Shown here: piece after piece, positions 18,529 through 30,752 of the stretch | How the letters are laid out: each line of letters opens with the position of its first letter | Numbering within the stretch: the first letter of the stretch is position 1 | Assembly (NCBI GenBank): GCA_013812805.1 | Contig: JACCSV010000225.1 | Location: forward strand, 1 to 35,159 | From: Sphingomonas sp. | Lineage (GTDB): Bacteria > Pseudomonadota > Alphaproteobacteria > Sphingomonadales > Sphingomonadaceae | Direction: 5' to 3' | Length of the DNA: 35,159 nucleotides | Notes under the pieces: generated by a model | Databases searched by the model: none | The model's input: only the letters and a program-made list of their open reading frames with translations | What the model was told of the DNA's origin: nothing | Translations under genes and position numbers: made by a program

Positions 18529-19599
18529 GTGGCTAACAGCGGAACCATCGAAGACGCAATAAGGGCGGAGGCCGGGAGGCTCGGCTTCGTCGCCTGCGGC
18601 TTCGCTCGCGCCGACTCGTTACCTCAGGCCGGCGCCGACCTGCTGCAGTGGATCGACGACGGCCGCCACGGGACGATGGAGTGGTTCGAAGCGCGCGCCC
18701 ACCACCGCGTCGCTCCGACGGCACTGTGGCCGGAAGCGAAGTCAGCGATTGCGCTGGGCATGAGTTACGCACCGGAAAGCGATCCGCTGGCGCTGGCGTC
18801 CGCGGGCTCGGTGGGGAGGATCTCGGTCTATGCCCAGGGCGGCGATTATCACAAGACGGTGAAGACGGCGTTGAAAGCGCTCGGCCGCTGGCTTGCCGAC
18901 CACGCGGGGTGCGAGCTCAAGGTGTTCGTCGACACCGCTCCGGTGATGGAGAAGCCGCTGAGCGCCGCCGCCGGCATCGGCTGGCAGGGCAAGCACACCA
19001 ACCTCGTCAGCCGCGAGCATGGCAGCTGGCTGTTCCTGGGCGTGATACTCACCAGCATCGAGCTTGAGCCGGATGCGCCGGCGCAGCTGCACTGCGGCAG
19101 CTGCACCCGCTGCCTCGACGCCTGCCCCACCCAAGCCTTCGACGGCCCCCACCGGATCGACGCCCGCAAGTGCATCTCCTACCTGACGATCGAGCATAAA
19201 GGGCCGATCCCACACGAATATCGCGCCGCGATCGGCAACCGCATCTACGGATGCGACGATTGCCTAGCGGTGTGCCCGTGGAACAGCTTTGCCGAGAGCG
19301 CCGGTGCGAACCGCGCCTTCCTTGCGCGCGATGAGATGAAAGCGCCGGGGCTCGAGCAGCTGCTGGCGCTCAACGATGCCAGCTTCCGAGCCCTGTTCGC
19401 GGGGTCGCCAATCAAGCGGATTGGGGTCAACCGGATGATTCGCAACTGCCTGATCGCCGCCGGCAACAGCGGCGATCCCGGTCTGATGGGCGGCGTCGCC
19501 GCGCACCTGGACAGCGACGATCCGGTCGTCGCGGAAGCCGCCGAATGGGCGCTGGAGCGGCTTCAGGCACCCTGGAGCGAAGACAGGCAGGTCGCCTGA
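18529..19599 (+). CDS. queG: tRNA epoxyqueuosine(34) reductase
   Basis: YAQGGDYH, VDTAPVMEK, GWQGKHTN, GSWLFLG, CGSCTRCLDACP, CISYLTIE, GCDDCLAVCPWN. Likely GTG start at 18529. Confidence 0.95.
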   Translation: MANSGTIEDAIRAEAGRLGFVACGFARADSLPQAGADLLQWIDDGRHGTMEWFEARAHHRVAPTALWPEAKSAIALGMSYAPESDPLALASAGSVGRISVYAQGGDYHKTVKTALKALGRWLADHAGCELKVFVDTAPVMEKPLSAAAGIGWQGKHTNLVSREHGSWLFLGVILTSIELEPDAPAQLHCGSCTRCLDACPTQAFDGPHRIDARKCISYLTIEHKGPIPHEYRAAIGNRIYGCDDCLAVCPWNSFAESAGANRAFLARDEMKAPGLEQLLALNDASFRALFAGSPIKRIGVNRMIRNCLIAAGNSGDPGLMGGVAAHLDSDDPVVAEAAEWALERLQAPWSEDRQVA

Positions 19600-19928
19600 T
19601 CGACCGGTGCCAGAGCGCGCGAGCGGGCGTCGACATAGGTCACCCGGTACGGAGCCGCGGGCGCACCGACGGGCGGATAGAGATAGGCATCGAGCACGCA
19701 GAACGGGCTCCGGAACTGGAGTTTCAGGCTGGCGCCTTCGCGGATCTGCAAGGCCGGGCTGCCGAGCCGCTGAACCAGCTCCTGGCTGGTCAGGCCGATG
19801 ATCGCGCCGCGACCTTGCTGCAACATGGGCGGCGGCGGTAGCTGCTGCCGCGGAGGCTGGATAGGTTGCGGCGCACTCGCGCAGGCGGCGAGCAGAAAGA
19901 AGGCCGAAGAGCCGAGAATTGGACGCAT
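19563..19928 (-). CDS. small lipoprotein of unknown function
   Basis: MRPILGSSAFFLLAAC lipobox, Pro/Gln linker, then GLTSQELVQRLGSP...CVLDAYLY. This is the C-terminal part of the 465-aa track ORF. Confidence 0.75.
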   Translation of the reverse strand: MRPILGSSAFFLLAACASAPQPIQPPRQQLPPPPMLQQGRGAIIGLTSQELVQRLGSPALQIREGASLKLQFRSPFCVLDAYLYPPVGAPAAPYRVTYVDARSRALAPVDQATCLSSLQGA

Positions 19929-19994
19929 CGACAGGTCATGGCAACGAGTGCGCAGCGAGGCAAGGTTGCCGCGGGCAGTGCCGCCAGCTAGGCG
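19929..19994. promoter_or_regulatory. back-to-back divergent sigma70-like promoters
   Basis: Minus: TTGCCT(19963-19958)-17-CATGAC-6-ATG. Plus: TTGCCG(19966-19971)-17-TAGGCG(19989-19994). Confidence 0.45.
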
Positions 19995-20021
19995 CCCCGC
20001 TTTCCCCAATTGGAGAGACTG

Positions 20022-21017
20022 ATGGCCGACCCCCGCCTCGACGTGCTCGCGATCGGCAACGCCATCGTCGACGTCATCGCCGACGTCGACGATGCGTTCC
20101 TCGAGAGTGAAGGGCTGACCAAGGGATCGATGCGGCTGATCGACGCCGCCGAGGCCGAGCGGCTGTATTCGCACATGCCGTCGGCTCGGCAGGTCAGCGG
20201 TGGATCGGCCGGCAACACCGCCGCCGGAGTCGCTGCACTCGGCGGCAAGGCCGGCTTCATCGGCCAGGTCGCAAGCGACCAGCTGGGGCAATTCTACATC
20301 CATGACCTGCGCTCGGCCGGGGTCGAGTTCACCACCGCGCCGGGGGATTTCGGAGTCCCCACCGCACGCTCGATGGTGCTGGTCACGCCCGACGGCAACC
20401 GGACGATGAACACCTTCCTCGGCGCCGCCCAGCATCTGCCGGCGAGCGCGCTCGACGAAGCGCAGATCGCCGGGGCGGCAATTCTCTACCTCGAAGGCTA
20501 CCTGTGGGACCCGGAGACGCCACGCTATGCGATGGTGCGGGCGATCGAAGTAGCGAGAAACGCCGGGCGCAAGGTCGCCTTCAGCCTCTCCGACACCTTT
20601 TGCATCGATCGTCACCGCGACGGTTTCAATGCCCTGATCGACGGCGGCCGAATCGACATATTGTTCGCCAACGAGGCCGAAATCCAGGCGCTGGCCGCGG
20701 TTCCGCACCTCGAAACCGCGATCGAGGCGGTGAAGGACAAAGTTGAGCTGCTGGTCGTCACGCGCAGCGAAACCGGCGCGCTCGCGAACCGCGGCGGCGA
20801 GCGCGCCGAGGTCGAGGCCGAGCCTATCGAAGCCCTGGTCGACACTACCGGCGCCGGCGACCTTTTCGCCGCCGGCTTCCTTGCTGGTGAAGTACGCGGG
20901 TTGCCGCTTGATCGGTCGCTGAAGCTTGGCGCGATCGCCGCGGCCGAAGTCATCCAGCATTACGGCGCCCGCCCGGAGGCGGACCTGAAAGCGCTCGCGG
21001 GCGGGTTGCTAGACTAA
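20022..21017 (+). CDS. PfkB family kinase, adenosine kinase-like
   Basis: IGNAIVD, GGSAGNT, RTMNTFLG, YLEGYLWD, FANEAE, DTTGAGDLFAAGFL. GGAGAG SD before ATG 20022. Confidence 0.92.
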   Translation: MADPRLDVLAIGNAIVDVIADVDDAFLESEGLTKGSMRLIDAAEAERLYSHMPSARQVSGGSAGNTAAGVAALGGKAGFIGQVASDQLGQFYIHDLRSAGVEFTTAPGDFGVPTARSMVLVTPDGNRTMNTFLGAAQHLPASALDEAQIAGAAILYLEGYLWDPETPRYAMVRAIEVARNAGRKVAFSLSDTFCIDRHRDGFNALIDGGRIDILFANEAEIQALAAVPHLETAIEAVKDKVELLVVTRSETGALANRGGERAEVEAEPIEALVDTTGAGDLFAAGFLAGEVRGLPLDRSLKLGAIAAAEVIQHYGARPEADLKALAGGLLD

Positions 21018-21046
21018 AAAAAAGGGGAGGCCGAAGCCTCCCCTTT
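21016..21046. terminator. rho-independent terminator, probably bidirectional
   Basis: AAAGGGGAGGC-CGAA-GCCTCCCCTTT hairpin with an A8 run (U-tail on the minus strand), between convergent genes. Confidence 0.9.
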
Positions 21047-21067
21047 GCGTGACGCGCGGCGCGATGA

Positions 21068-22675
21068 TCAGTGCTTGTGGTCGGGGTCGTCGATCCCCGG
21101 CACATGCGGTTCGAGATCGTGCGCCTCGTCTTCGTGCACTTCCACCCGGCCCTGGCCGAGATGGCTGTGACTGCGGCTGTAGCCGAAGTAGAGCAGCAGC
21201 CCGATTACCGTCCAGATCGGCAGCACGAGCATTGCCGAGGTCGGCAGGTTGAAGAACAGGAACAGACAGCCGGCGATCGTCAGCGGGCCGATGACCGACA
21301 GCGCCGGAACGCGGAACGCACGCTGGCGATCCGGGTCCCTGCGGCGAAGCAGCATCACTGCCACCGCGACCATCAGGAACGCATAGAGCGTCCCCGCATT
21401 GGCGATGTCGGCGAGCTGCCCAACCGGGAAGAAAGCCGCGGCGACCGCAACGATGACACCGGTAATGGCGGTGACGACGTACGGCGTCCTCCACTTCGGG
21501 TGGACCTTGGACAGGACCTCCGGAAGCAGGCCGTCGCGCGACATCACGAAGAAAATGCGGGTCTGGGCGAACAGCAGCACCAGGATCACCGACGGCAGCG
21601 CCAGGATAGCCGCATAGCCGAGCATGTTGCCGACGGTTCCGAAGCCGATCTGGCGAAGCACGTGGGCAAGCGCCTCGTTGGAGCAGACCAAAGCCTCCGA
21701 AAATTGCGGCATCGCGCATTGGCGGGCGAGCTCTTCCGAGCCGGTCGGGAACGGTATGCCCCCCGGTCCCATCACCGGCTGCCCGCCGATGGTCCCGATC
21801 GCTCCGGCCGCAACCAGGATATAGAAGACGGTGCAGAACAGCAGGCTTCCGACCAGGCCGATGGGCACGTTGCGCTGCGGGTTCTTGGTCTCCTCGGCCG
21901 CGGTCGAGACCGCGTCGAAGCCAACGTAGGCGAAGAAGATCGTCGCCGCCGCGCCGACCGCGCCGACGCCGGTGCCGAAGCCGCCGAACACGCCGGCCGG
22001 CAGGAACGGGTTGAAGTTGGCGCTATCGACCCTGGGTAGCGTCAGCGCAATGAAGGCGGTCAGGGCCGTCACCTTGATCATCACCAGTACGGCGTTGACC
22101 TTGGCGCTCTCGCTGGTGCCGATCATCAGCAGCCAGGTGACCAGCAGAGCGATGATCAGCGCCGGAAGATTGATCAGGCCGCCGGGCGCTCCGCCCAGCG
22201 CCAGTGGCCCGGCAGTCAGGTATGCGGGTAAGGCTATGTTGAACGTGTCGTTCAAGATCGTGCCAGTGAAATAACCCGACCAGCCGACCGATACGGCGGA
22301 GGCGGCGATCGCATATTCGAGCACCAGCGCCCAGCCGACCGTCCAGGCGAGAAACTCGCCCATGGTCGCATAACTGTATGTGTAGGCAGAGCCGGCGACC
22401 GGCACCATCGCCGCGATCTCGGCATAGCAAAGCGCAGCGACGATGCAGACCGCGCCGGCGATGATGAAAGCGAGCATCAGGCCAGGGCCAGCCTTCTGGG
22501 CGCCGGCCGCGGTGAGAACGAAAATGCCGGTGCCGATAATGCAGCCGATGCCGAACAGCGTCAGCTGGAACGCGCCGAGAGATCGATGAAGCGACTTCTT
22601 TTCAGCGGTGGCGAGGATTGCATCGAGTGGCTTAACGCGGCCGAGCAGGCCTCCGCGCGGTGCTGAAGTCGCCAT
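21068..22675 (-). CDS. APC superfamily amino acid permease (YfnA/GkApcT-like)
   Basis: GIGCIIGTGIF, AGSAYTY, FFAYVGFDAVSTAAEE, SRDGLLP, and 12-14 TM segments. Confidence 0.94.
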   Translation of the reverse strand: MATSAPRGGLLGRVKPLDAILATAEKKSLHRSLGAFQLTLFGIGCIIGTGIFVLTAAGAQKAGPGLMLAFIIAGAVCIVAALCYAEIAAMVPVAGSAYTYSYATMGEFLAWTVGWALVLEYAIAASAVSVGWSGYFTGTILNDTFNIALPAYLTAGPLALGGAPGGLINLPALIIALLVTWLLMIGTSESAKVNAVLVMIKVTALTAFIALTLPRVDSANFNPFLPAGVFGGFGTGVGAVGAAATIFFAYVGFDAVSTAAEETKNPQRNVPIGLVGSLLFCTVFYILVAAGAIGTIGGQPVMGPGGIPFPTGSEELARQCAMPQFSEALVCSNEALAHVLRQIGFGTVGNMLGYAAILALPSVILVLLFAQTRIFFVMSRDGLLPEVLSKVHPKWRTPYVVTAITGVIVAVAAAFFPVGQLADIANAGTLYAFLMVAVAVMLLRRRDPDRQRAFRVPALSVIGPLTIAGCLFLFFNLPTSAMLVLPIWTVIGLLLYFGYSRSHSHLGQGRVEVHEDEAHDLEPHVPGIDDPDHKH

Positions 22676-22745
22676 TCAATAACCCCTTTGTGGCGGTTGC
22701 ATTGCATTCGAGCCTAGCGGCTGGAGCGCCAAGGGCAATCCCCCT

Positions 22746-23123
22746 TTAGCGGGCAAGCATCGACCCCAGCGGCTGGCCACCGAAGATGTGGACATGAAGG
22801 TGCGGGACTTCCTGGCCGGCGCGCTTGCCGGTGTTCGCAAGCAGCCGATAGCCCTGCACTTCGAGCTGCTGGTCGCGCGCGACCTTGCCCACCGCCCGGA
22901 CGAAGCCGGCCAATTCCGCGTCGGACGCCTTGGCCGAAAAGTCGTCCCAGGAGACGTAAGGCCCCTTCGGAATCACGAGGATATGCACCGGCGCCAGAGG
23001 ATTGATGTCGTGGAAGGCAAGCGCGTGATCGTCCTCATGAATCTTCTTGCACGGCAGTTCCCCGCGCAGGATCCTCGCGAAAATGTTGCTCTCGTCATAA
23101 GGCTGCGTCGCGTCGATGGGCAT
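22746..23123 (-). CDS. histidine triad (HIT) nucleotide-binding protein
   Basis: NIFARILRGELP, FHDINP, GQEVPHLHVH. GGAG SD before ATG 23123. Confidence 0.93.
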   Translation of the reverse strand: MPIDATQPYDESNIFARILRGELPCKKIHEDDHALAFHDINPLAPVHILVIPKGPYVSWDDFSAKASDAELAGFVRAVGKVARDQQLEVQGYRLLANTGKRAGQEVPHLHVHIFGGQPLGSMLAR

Positions 23124-23172
23124 CAGCATACTCCGCTTGACCGGCTTCGCGCGCTCGTTACCACCGCAAGCG

Positions 23173-23655
23173 ATGAGCGACGAGACTCCGGAAAGCCTGA
23201 TCCCGTACGACGAGATCGTTCAGGAGGCACTGCGCGACGTGGTCGGGCGGGTGCTCGGCGAGGTCGAGCGGTCAGGCGGACTTCCGGGCGAGCATCATTT
23301 CTACATCACCTTCGACACGCGACTGCCGGGGGTGTCGATCCCCAAGCATCTCGCCGAGCGCTTTCCCGACGACATGACCATCGTCATCCAGCACCGCTTC
23401 TGGGACCTCAAGGTGGAGGGCGATGCGTTCAGTGTCGGCCTCTCCTTCGGCGGCGTTCCGTCGAGCCTGCGGGTGCCGTTCGCCGCGGTCACCGACTTTG
23501 TCGACCCGGCGGTCGATTTCAGCCTCAAGTTCCAGGCCAATGCCGTCGAGGCGGCTCACGAAGAGCCGCAAGACGCTCAAAATGACGAGCCTGCGGCCGC
23601 CGAGGCGGATGACGGCTCCAACGTAGTCAGCGTCGACTTCACCCGCAAGAAATGA
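23173..23655 (+). CDS. sspB: ClpXP specificity adaptor SspB (alphaproteobacterial type)
   Basis: [37 protein letters not shown], an acidic linker and a C-terminal ClpX-binding-like tail [11 protein letters not shown]. Confidence 0.9.
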   Translation: MSDETPESLIPYDEIVQEALRDVVGRVLGEVERSGGLPGEHHFYITFDTRLPGVSIPKHLAERFPDDMTIVIQHRFWDLKVEGDAFSVGLSFGGVPSSLRVPFAAVTDFVDPAVDFSLKFQANAVEAAHEEPQDAQNDEPAAAEADDGSNVVSVDFTRKK

Positions 23656-25040
23656 CCACCCGGACCGAAACCGACAGCTTCGGGCCGATCGACGTGCCGG
23701 GCGATGCGTACTGGGGCGCTCAGACCGAGCGCTCTATCGCCAACTTTCCCTTCGGCCCGCGCGAACAGATGCCGGCGGAGATCGTCCACGCGCTGGGCTT
23801 CGTCAAGCGGGCCGCGGCGCGGGTGAACGCGCGGCTCGGCAAGCTCGAGCCGCAACTCGCCGAAGCGATCCAGCAGGCCGCAGCCGAAGTCGCCCGCGGT
23901 GACCTCGACGGGCAGTTTCCGCTGGTCATTTGGCAGACCGGATCGGGCACGCAGTCGAACATGAACGCCAACGAGGTGATCGCCGGCCGCGCCAACGAGC
24001 AATTGACCGGCACCCGCGGCGGCAAGGAGCCGGTCCACCCCAACGACCATGTCAACAAGAGCCAGTCGTCCAACGACTGCTTCCCGACCGCGATGCATGT
24101 GGCGGCGGCGCGGGCGATGCATGCCAAACTGCTGCCGGCCGCCGAGGCGGTTCGCGACCAGCTGGCGGCGCTTGCGGCCCAATGGGATTCGCTGGTCAAG
24201 ATCGGGCGAACCCACCTGCAGGACGCGACTCCGCTGACGCTCGGACAGGAATTTTCCGGCTACGCGGCGCAGATCGACGCCAACGTGGCGAGGCTCGAGC
24301 AGACGATGCCGCGCCTCTACCTGCTGGCCCAGGGCGGCACCGCCGTCGGCACCAGCCTCAATGCGCCGGACGGATTCGCCGAGGCCTTCGCCAAGGAGAT
24401 GGCCAACCTCACTCGCCTGCCGTTCACCACCGCGCCCAACAAGTTCGCCGAAATGGCGGCGCACGACACGATGGTCGAGCTTTCGGGCTCGCTCAACACG
24501 CTGGCGGTGTCGCTGACCAAGATCGCCAACGACGTCCGGCTGATGGGCTCGGGCCCGCGCTGTGGCATCGGCGAGCTCCGGCTTCCGGAAAACGAGCCGG
24601 GAAGCTCGATCATGCCGGGCAAGGTCAACCCGACCCAGGCGGAAATGCTGACCATGGTCGCCGCGCAGGTGATGGGGAACCATGTTGCCGTGACCGTCGG
24701 CGGGCTTCAGGGCCACCTCGAACTGAACGTGTTCAAGCCGCTGATCGGAGCCAACGTAATCCGCTCGATCAACTTGCTGGCGATCGGCATGGACAGCTTC
24801 CGCGAGCGTTGCCTGGACGGCCTCGAGGCCGACGAAGCGCGTATCGCCGACCTGCTCGACCGCTCGCTGATGCTGGTCACCGCGCTGGCGCCGGAAATCG
24901 GCTACGACAATGCCGCGGCCATCGCCAAGCACGCCCACCAGAAGGGCCTGACGCTCAAGCAGGCGGGGCTGGAGCTGGGGCTGGTCGACGAGGAGACCTT
25001 CGACCGCCTGGTGAAGCCGGAGACCATGGTCGGGCATTGA
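23652..25040 (+). CDS. fumC: fumarate hydratase class II
   Basis: [46 protein letters not shown] overlap with sspB. Confidence 0.97.
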   Translation: MTTRTETDSFGPIDVPGDAYWGAQTERSIANFPFGPREQMPAEIVHALGFVKRAAARVNARLGKLEPQLAEAIQQAAAEVARGDLDGQFPLVIWQTGSGTQSNMNANEVIAGRANEQLTGTRGGKEPVHPNDHVNKSQSSNDCFPTAMHVAAARAMHAKLLPAAEAVRDQLAALAAQWDSLVKIGRTHLQDATPLTLGQEFSGYAAQIDANVARLEQTMPRLYLLAQGGTAVGTSLNAPDGFAEAFAKEMANLTRLPFTTAPNKFAEMAAHDTMVELSGSLNTLAVSLTKIANDVRLMGSGPRCGIGELRLPENEPGSSIMPGKVNPTQAEMLTMVAAQVMGNHVAVTVGGLQGHLELNVFKPLIGANVIRSINLLAIGMDSFRERCLDGLEADEARIADLLDRSLMLVTALAPEIGYDNAAAIAKHAHQKGLTLKQAGLELGLVDEETFDRLVKPETMVGH

Positions 25041-25047
25041 GCGCGTG

Positions 25048-25446
25048 ATGAACATGGTCGTGCGAGCGCTGCTGCTGCTGCTTCTCGCCGGATGCGCGAG
25101 CATGCCCCCGGCGGGGGTTCCGCTCACTGGCCGCTGGGGCGGCGAGCATGTCGGACTCGAGCTCACCGCGAGCGGTGGAAACCTCGACTATGATTGCGCG
25201 ACCGGGCGTATCGACGGGCCGGTGCGGCCGACGGCGGACGGCACGTTCCGGGCATTGGGCACGCATACGCCGGGCACCGGCGGGCCGGAGCGCGTCGGCG
25301 TGGCGCCGCCAAGCCATGTCGCCCGCTACGAAGGCCAGGTTCGCGCCGGGCGGATGATACTGCAGGTGCGGGTTGCGAACGGCGTGTTGGTCGGGCCCTT
25401 GACGCTGCGGCCCGGCGCCCGGCCGATGTTTCTGCGCTGCCTGTAA
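25048..25446 (+). CDS. lipoprotein of unknown function
   Basis: Lipobox LLAGC, then GRWGGEHVGL...DYDCATGRI...MFLRCL. Start uncertain (25045, 25048 or 25054). Confidence 0.7.
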   Translation: MNMVVRALLLLLLAGCASMPPAGVPLTGRWGGEHVGLELTASGGNLDYDCATGRIDGPVRPTADGTFRALGTHTPGTGGPERVGVAPPSHVARYEGQVRAGRMILQVRVANGVLVGPLTLRPGARPMFLRCL

Positions 25447-25449
25447 GGC

Positions 25450-25977
25450 TTAAAAGGCGAAGTTTACGCGCGCGCCGACCGAGTCCAATCCCGGATTCTG
25501 CCTGCCTAACAATTGCCCGTGGCTGAGGTGGACGATGCTGAGTTCGGCCGAGGCGCGCGACGAGAACTGCACTCCGATGCCGAGCTCAGGCGCAAACACA
25601 ATTCGGGAGCCGAACTCCACCCTTTGATTGAAGGGATTCTCGAAATTCGAAGCCGAGCCGCTGTGGATCGCAATGCCGAGGCCGGGACGGATATACAGCC
25701 AGCCGCCGAACTTCGCTGACAGGCCGGCAGCTGCAAAGCTCGTGTCGCCCGCCGAGTTCAGCGCTCCGTAGACGTAGGGTTGAATAGGGGTTGCGCCAAT
25801 CCGGCCGCCTCGCCAGCCGACCATGACGTCGACTCCGTCCTCGATGTTGCCGCTTTTCACAAGCGGCGTCTCGACGTCGTGATTGTAGAGCCCGCCGAAG
25901 ACTTCCTGCGCCGCGAGCGGAGCAGACGCCATCGCCGCTGCGCCGGCACAGGCGGCGAGTAGATACTTCACAACCAT
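25450..25977 (-). CDS. PagL-like outer-membrane acyloxyacyl hydrolase (lipid A deacylase family)
   Basis: Signal peptide, amphipathic beta strands, FGSRIVF, H-x-S motif (VHLSHG), NPGLD, and a C-terminal Phe (VNFAF). Confidence 0.8.
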   Translation of the reverse strand: MVVKYLLAACAGAAAMASAPLAAQEVFGGLYNHDVETPLVKSGNIEDGVDVMVGWRGGRIGATPIQPYVYGALNSAGDTSFAAAGLSAKFGGWLYIRPGLGIAIHSGSASNFENPFNQRVEFGSRIVFAPELGIGVQFSSRASAELSIVHLSHGQLLGRQNPGLDSVGARVNFAF

Positions 25978-26063
25978 TCTCCCGAAACGAGCTTAGATAA
26001 ATGATCGGGAGCGCCGTTAGTGCCCCCCTGCGATGACGGCGCCAACGCCGCACCACTGCCGTT

Positions 26064-26621
26064 TCAACCCCCCTGCCAGTCTCGAATCGCTTCGCTGGGA
26101 GCAACGAGCATCCAGACGTTGAGCGTCAGATTGTCCCGGATCACCAGCAAAGGCACGATCTCGAGCATTGCAACCGCCGCCGCCGCAATCCACAGCGGCA
26201 GCGTTCGCGCCGCAAGGAAGCCGAGCGCCATCATCGCAATGTCGCTGAGCGAGTTTAGCACCGAATCGCCGGTATAGCCGAGCGCGATGGTTGCCTCCCG
26301 GTAGCGGTCGATCACCATCGGCGTATTTTCTGCCACTTCCCACGCGGCCTCGACCAGCAGCGCGACGAGGAAGCGGCGTTCGATCGGCCAGCTTCGGGCG
26401 GCGAACCACAAGGCGGCATAGAACAGGAAGCCGTGGACGATGTGGCTCGGGCTATACCAGTCGGCGAGCATCTGGCTGGTGCGGGCGCTGGCCGCGCTCG
26501 GTTCCCACAGCGCGACGGTGCCGCAGGTGCAAATTGGCGGTCGACCCATCGCGATGAGCACCGCAGCGGTCGCAACGACAATGACGAGGGCGAGCATAGT
26601 CGTGCGCGACGTGCGATTCAT
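26064..26621 (-). CDS. DUF2585 (UPF0314) membrane protein
   Basis: MGRPPICTCG, SQMLADWYSPSHIVHG, WEVAENTP, YTGDSVLNS, IRDNLTLN. Confidence 0.88.
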   Translation of the reverse strand: MNRTSRTTMLALVIVVATAAVLIAMGRPPICTCGTVALWEPSAASARTSQMLADWYSPSHIVHGFLFYAALWFAARSWPIERRFLVALLVEAAWEVAENTPMVIDRYREATIALGYTGDSVLNSLSDIAMMALGFLAARTLPLWIAAAAVAMLEIVPLLVIRDNLTLNVWMLVAPSEAIRDWQGG

Positions 26622-26756
26622 CGACCAGCCTTAGCACAGTGAGGCAGCGCGCAAGCAACGGACCTGGCTTTCTGAACCACCGCTTGGCGGGGGCGTTTCC
26701 CCATTGCTAAGGGGCTGACGCGCGCCGCCTCGGCATATCCAATGTAAGGACCACAG

Positions 26757-29434
<2,678 letters not shown>

Positions 29435-29435
<1 letters not shown>

Positions 29436-29782
29436 TGGCCCTGGACGGGCGCTGCCATTGCGGTGCCTGCACCATCCGCCTGCCGCGGACGCCCGAGTAC
29501 GTCGGCCATTGCAACTGCAGCCTGTGCCGGGCGAGCGGCTTTCGCGGCGTCTATTTCAGCTCGGATGAGGTCGAGATAGGCGGTGAGTTCGACAGCTATG
29601 TCCGCAGCGACCTCGAGGAGCCGTTCTTGCGCAACTTGCGCTGCAAGCGATGCGGCACGCCGACGCATTGGGAGCCGCTGACCGAGCCGCCGCACGAGCG
29701 AATGGGCATCAACGCCAACCTGTTCGACCCGGCGTCGCTCGAAGGCGTTCCGGTGCGCGAAGTCGACGGCGCTAGCTGGTAG
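29435..29782 (+). CDS. GFA / CENP-V family Zn-binding protein
   Basis: GRCHCG, CNCSLC and CKRCGTPTHW Cys pattern. TGATG coupling to acnA. Confidence 0.88.
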
Positions 29783-29784
29783 CG

Positions 29785-30060
29785 ATGACGCCGCTCGAGA
29801 TCGCCATCGAAATTGCCGGATGGGCCGGAGCGGGTCTGATCCTGCTCGGCTATCTGCTGATCTCGACCGGAAGGCTGACCGGCCAGTCGTCCACATACCA
29901 TTGGATCAACCTGGTCGGAGCGGTCGGCTTCATGATCAACGGCTGGTGGCACGGCGCCATACCATCGGCGGCACTGAACGTCGTTTGGGCGGCGATTGCG
30001 GTCTACGCGCTCACTCGCCTGGCGAGGCGGATAGCGCCGGCTCCAGCCACTCCGGAATGA
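29785..30060 (+). CDS. small 3-TM membrane protein (CBU_0592-like)
   Basis: GWAGAGLILLGYLL, YHWINLVGA, PSAALNVVWAAIA. Confidence 0.75.
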   Translation: MTPLEIAIEIAGWAGAGLILLGYLLISTGRLTGQSSTYHWINLVGAVGFMINGWWHGAIPSAALNVVWAAIAVYALTRLARRIAPAPATPE

Positions 30061-30724
30061 TTGCCCCGCCGAGGTCGTCGACCCGCCGGTGCTCGACCGC
30101 GAGGTTGAGCTCTTCATAGACGACCCGCGTACGCGGCCCCGGCTCGCGTGTCGGCACCACCACCATCCGCCGGTTGACCTTGGCGCGCCAGTTCATCCTG
30201 GCGGTATTCTCCTGGCCGACGAAGCAGCCCTTGGTGAAGCTGACCCCGTTCAGTTCAGCGGCGTTGCATTCCAGCCAGAGCAAATCGCTGAGCTCGGCGC
30301 GGCCTTCGCAGACGCCGAGCCGAAGCCGGTGCTCGAGCCAGCCCAAAGCAGGCTCGCCGCCTTCGCCGAGCCACCGCCGCCCGAGTGGGGCCAGCCGCGG
30401 GTCGGCATCGCCATCCTCGCCGTCGGCCGACCAATGCACCGCCAGTCCCGCATCACGCTCGATGCGGATCGCTCGACGCAGCCGGTAGATCGACAGGCGC
30501 TTGATGAGATCCTCGGCGGCTACGGCTTCGCAGTCGAGCAGCAGATCGTCGCTGTCCCCCCACACGAAAAAATCAAACAGGCACTTGCCCTGCGGCGTTA
30601 GCAGCCCGGCCCACACCGGCAGCTGGCCGGCGACGTCGTTGGTAACGAGCCCCTGCACAAAGCCGCGGACGTCCTCGCCAGACAGGCGGATGACGGCCCG
30701 GTCGGCAAGGGTGGTCGCGCGCAT
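30011..30724 (-). CDS. ygfZ: YgfZ/GcvT-family folate-binding Fe-S assembly protein
   Basis: GEDVRGFVQGLVTND, LLTPQGK, GVSFTKGCFVGQE signature. Confidence 0.9.
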   Translation of the reverse strand: MRATTLADRAVIRLSGEDVRGFVQGLVTNDVAGQLPVWAGLLTPQGKCLFDFFVWGDSDDLLLDCEAVAAEDLIKRLSIYRLRRAIRIERDAGLAVHWSADGEDGDADPRLAPLGRRWLGEGGEPALGWLEHRLRLGVCEGRAELSDLLWLECNAAELNGVSFTKGCFVGQENTARMNWRAKVNRRMVVVPTREPGPRTRVVYEELNLAVEHRRVDDLGGAIIPEWLEPALSASPGE

Positions 30725-30752
30725 GGGGTTCAGTTAGGGAGCCGGCGTGGCA

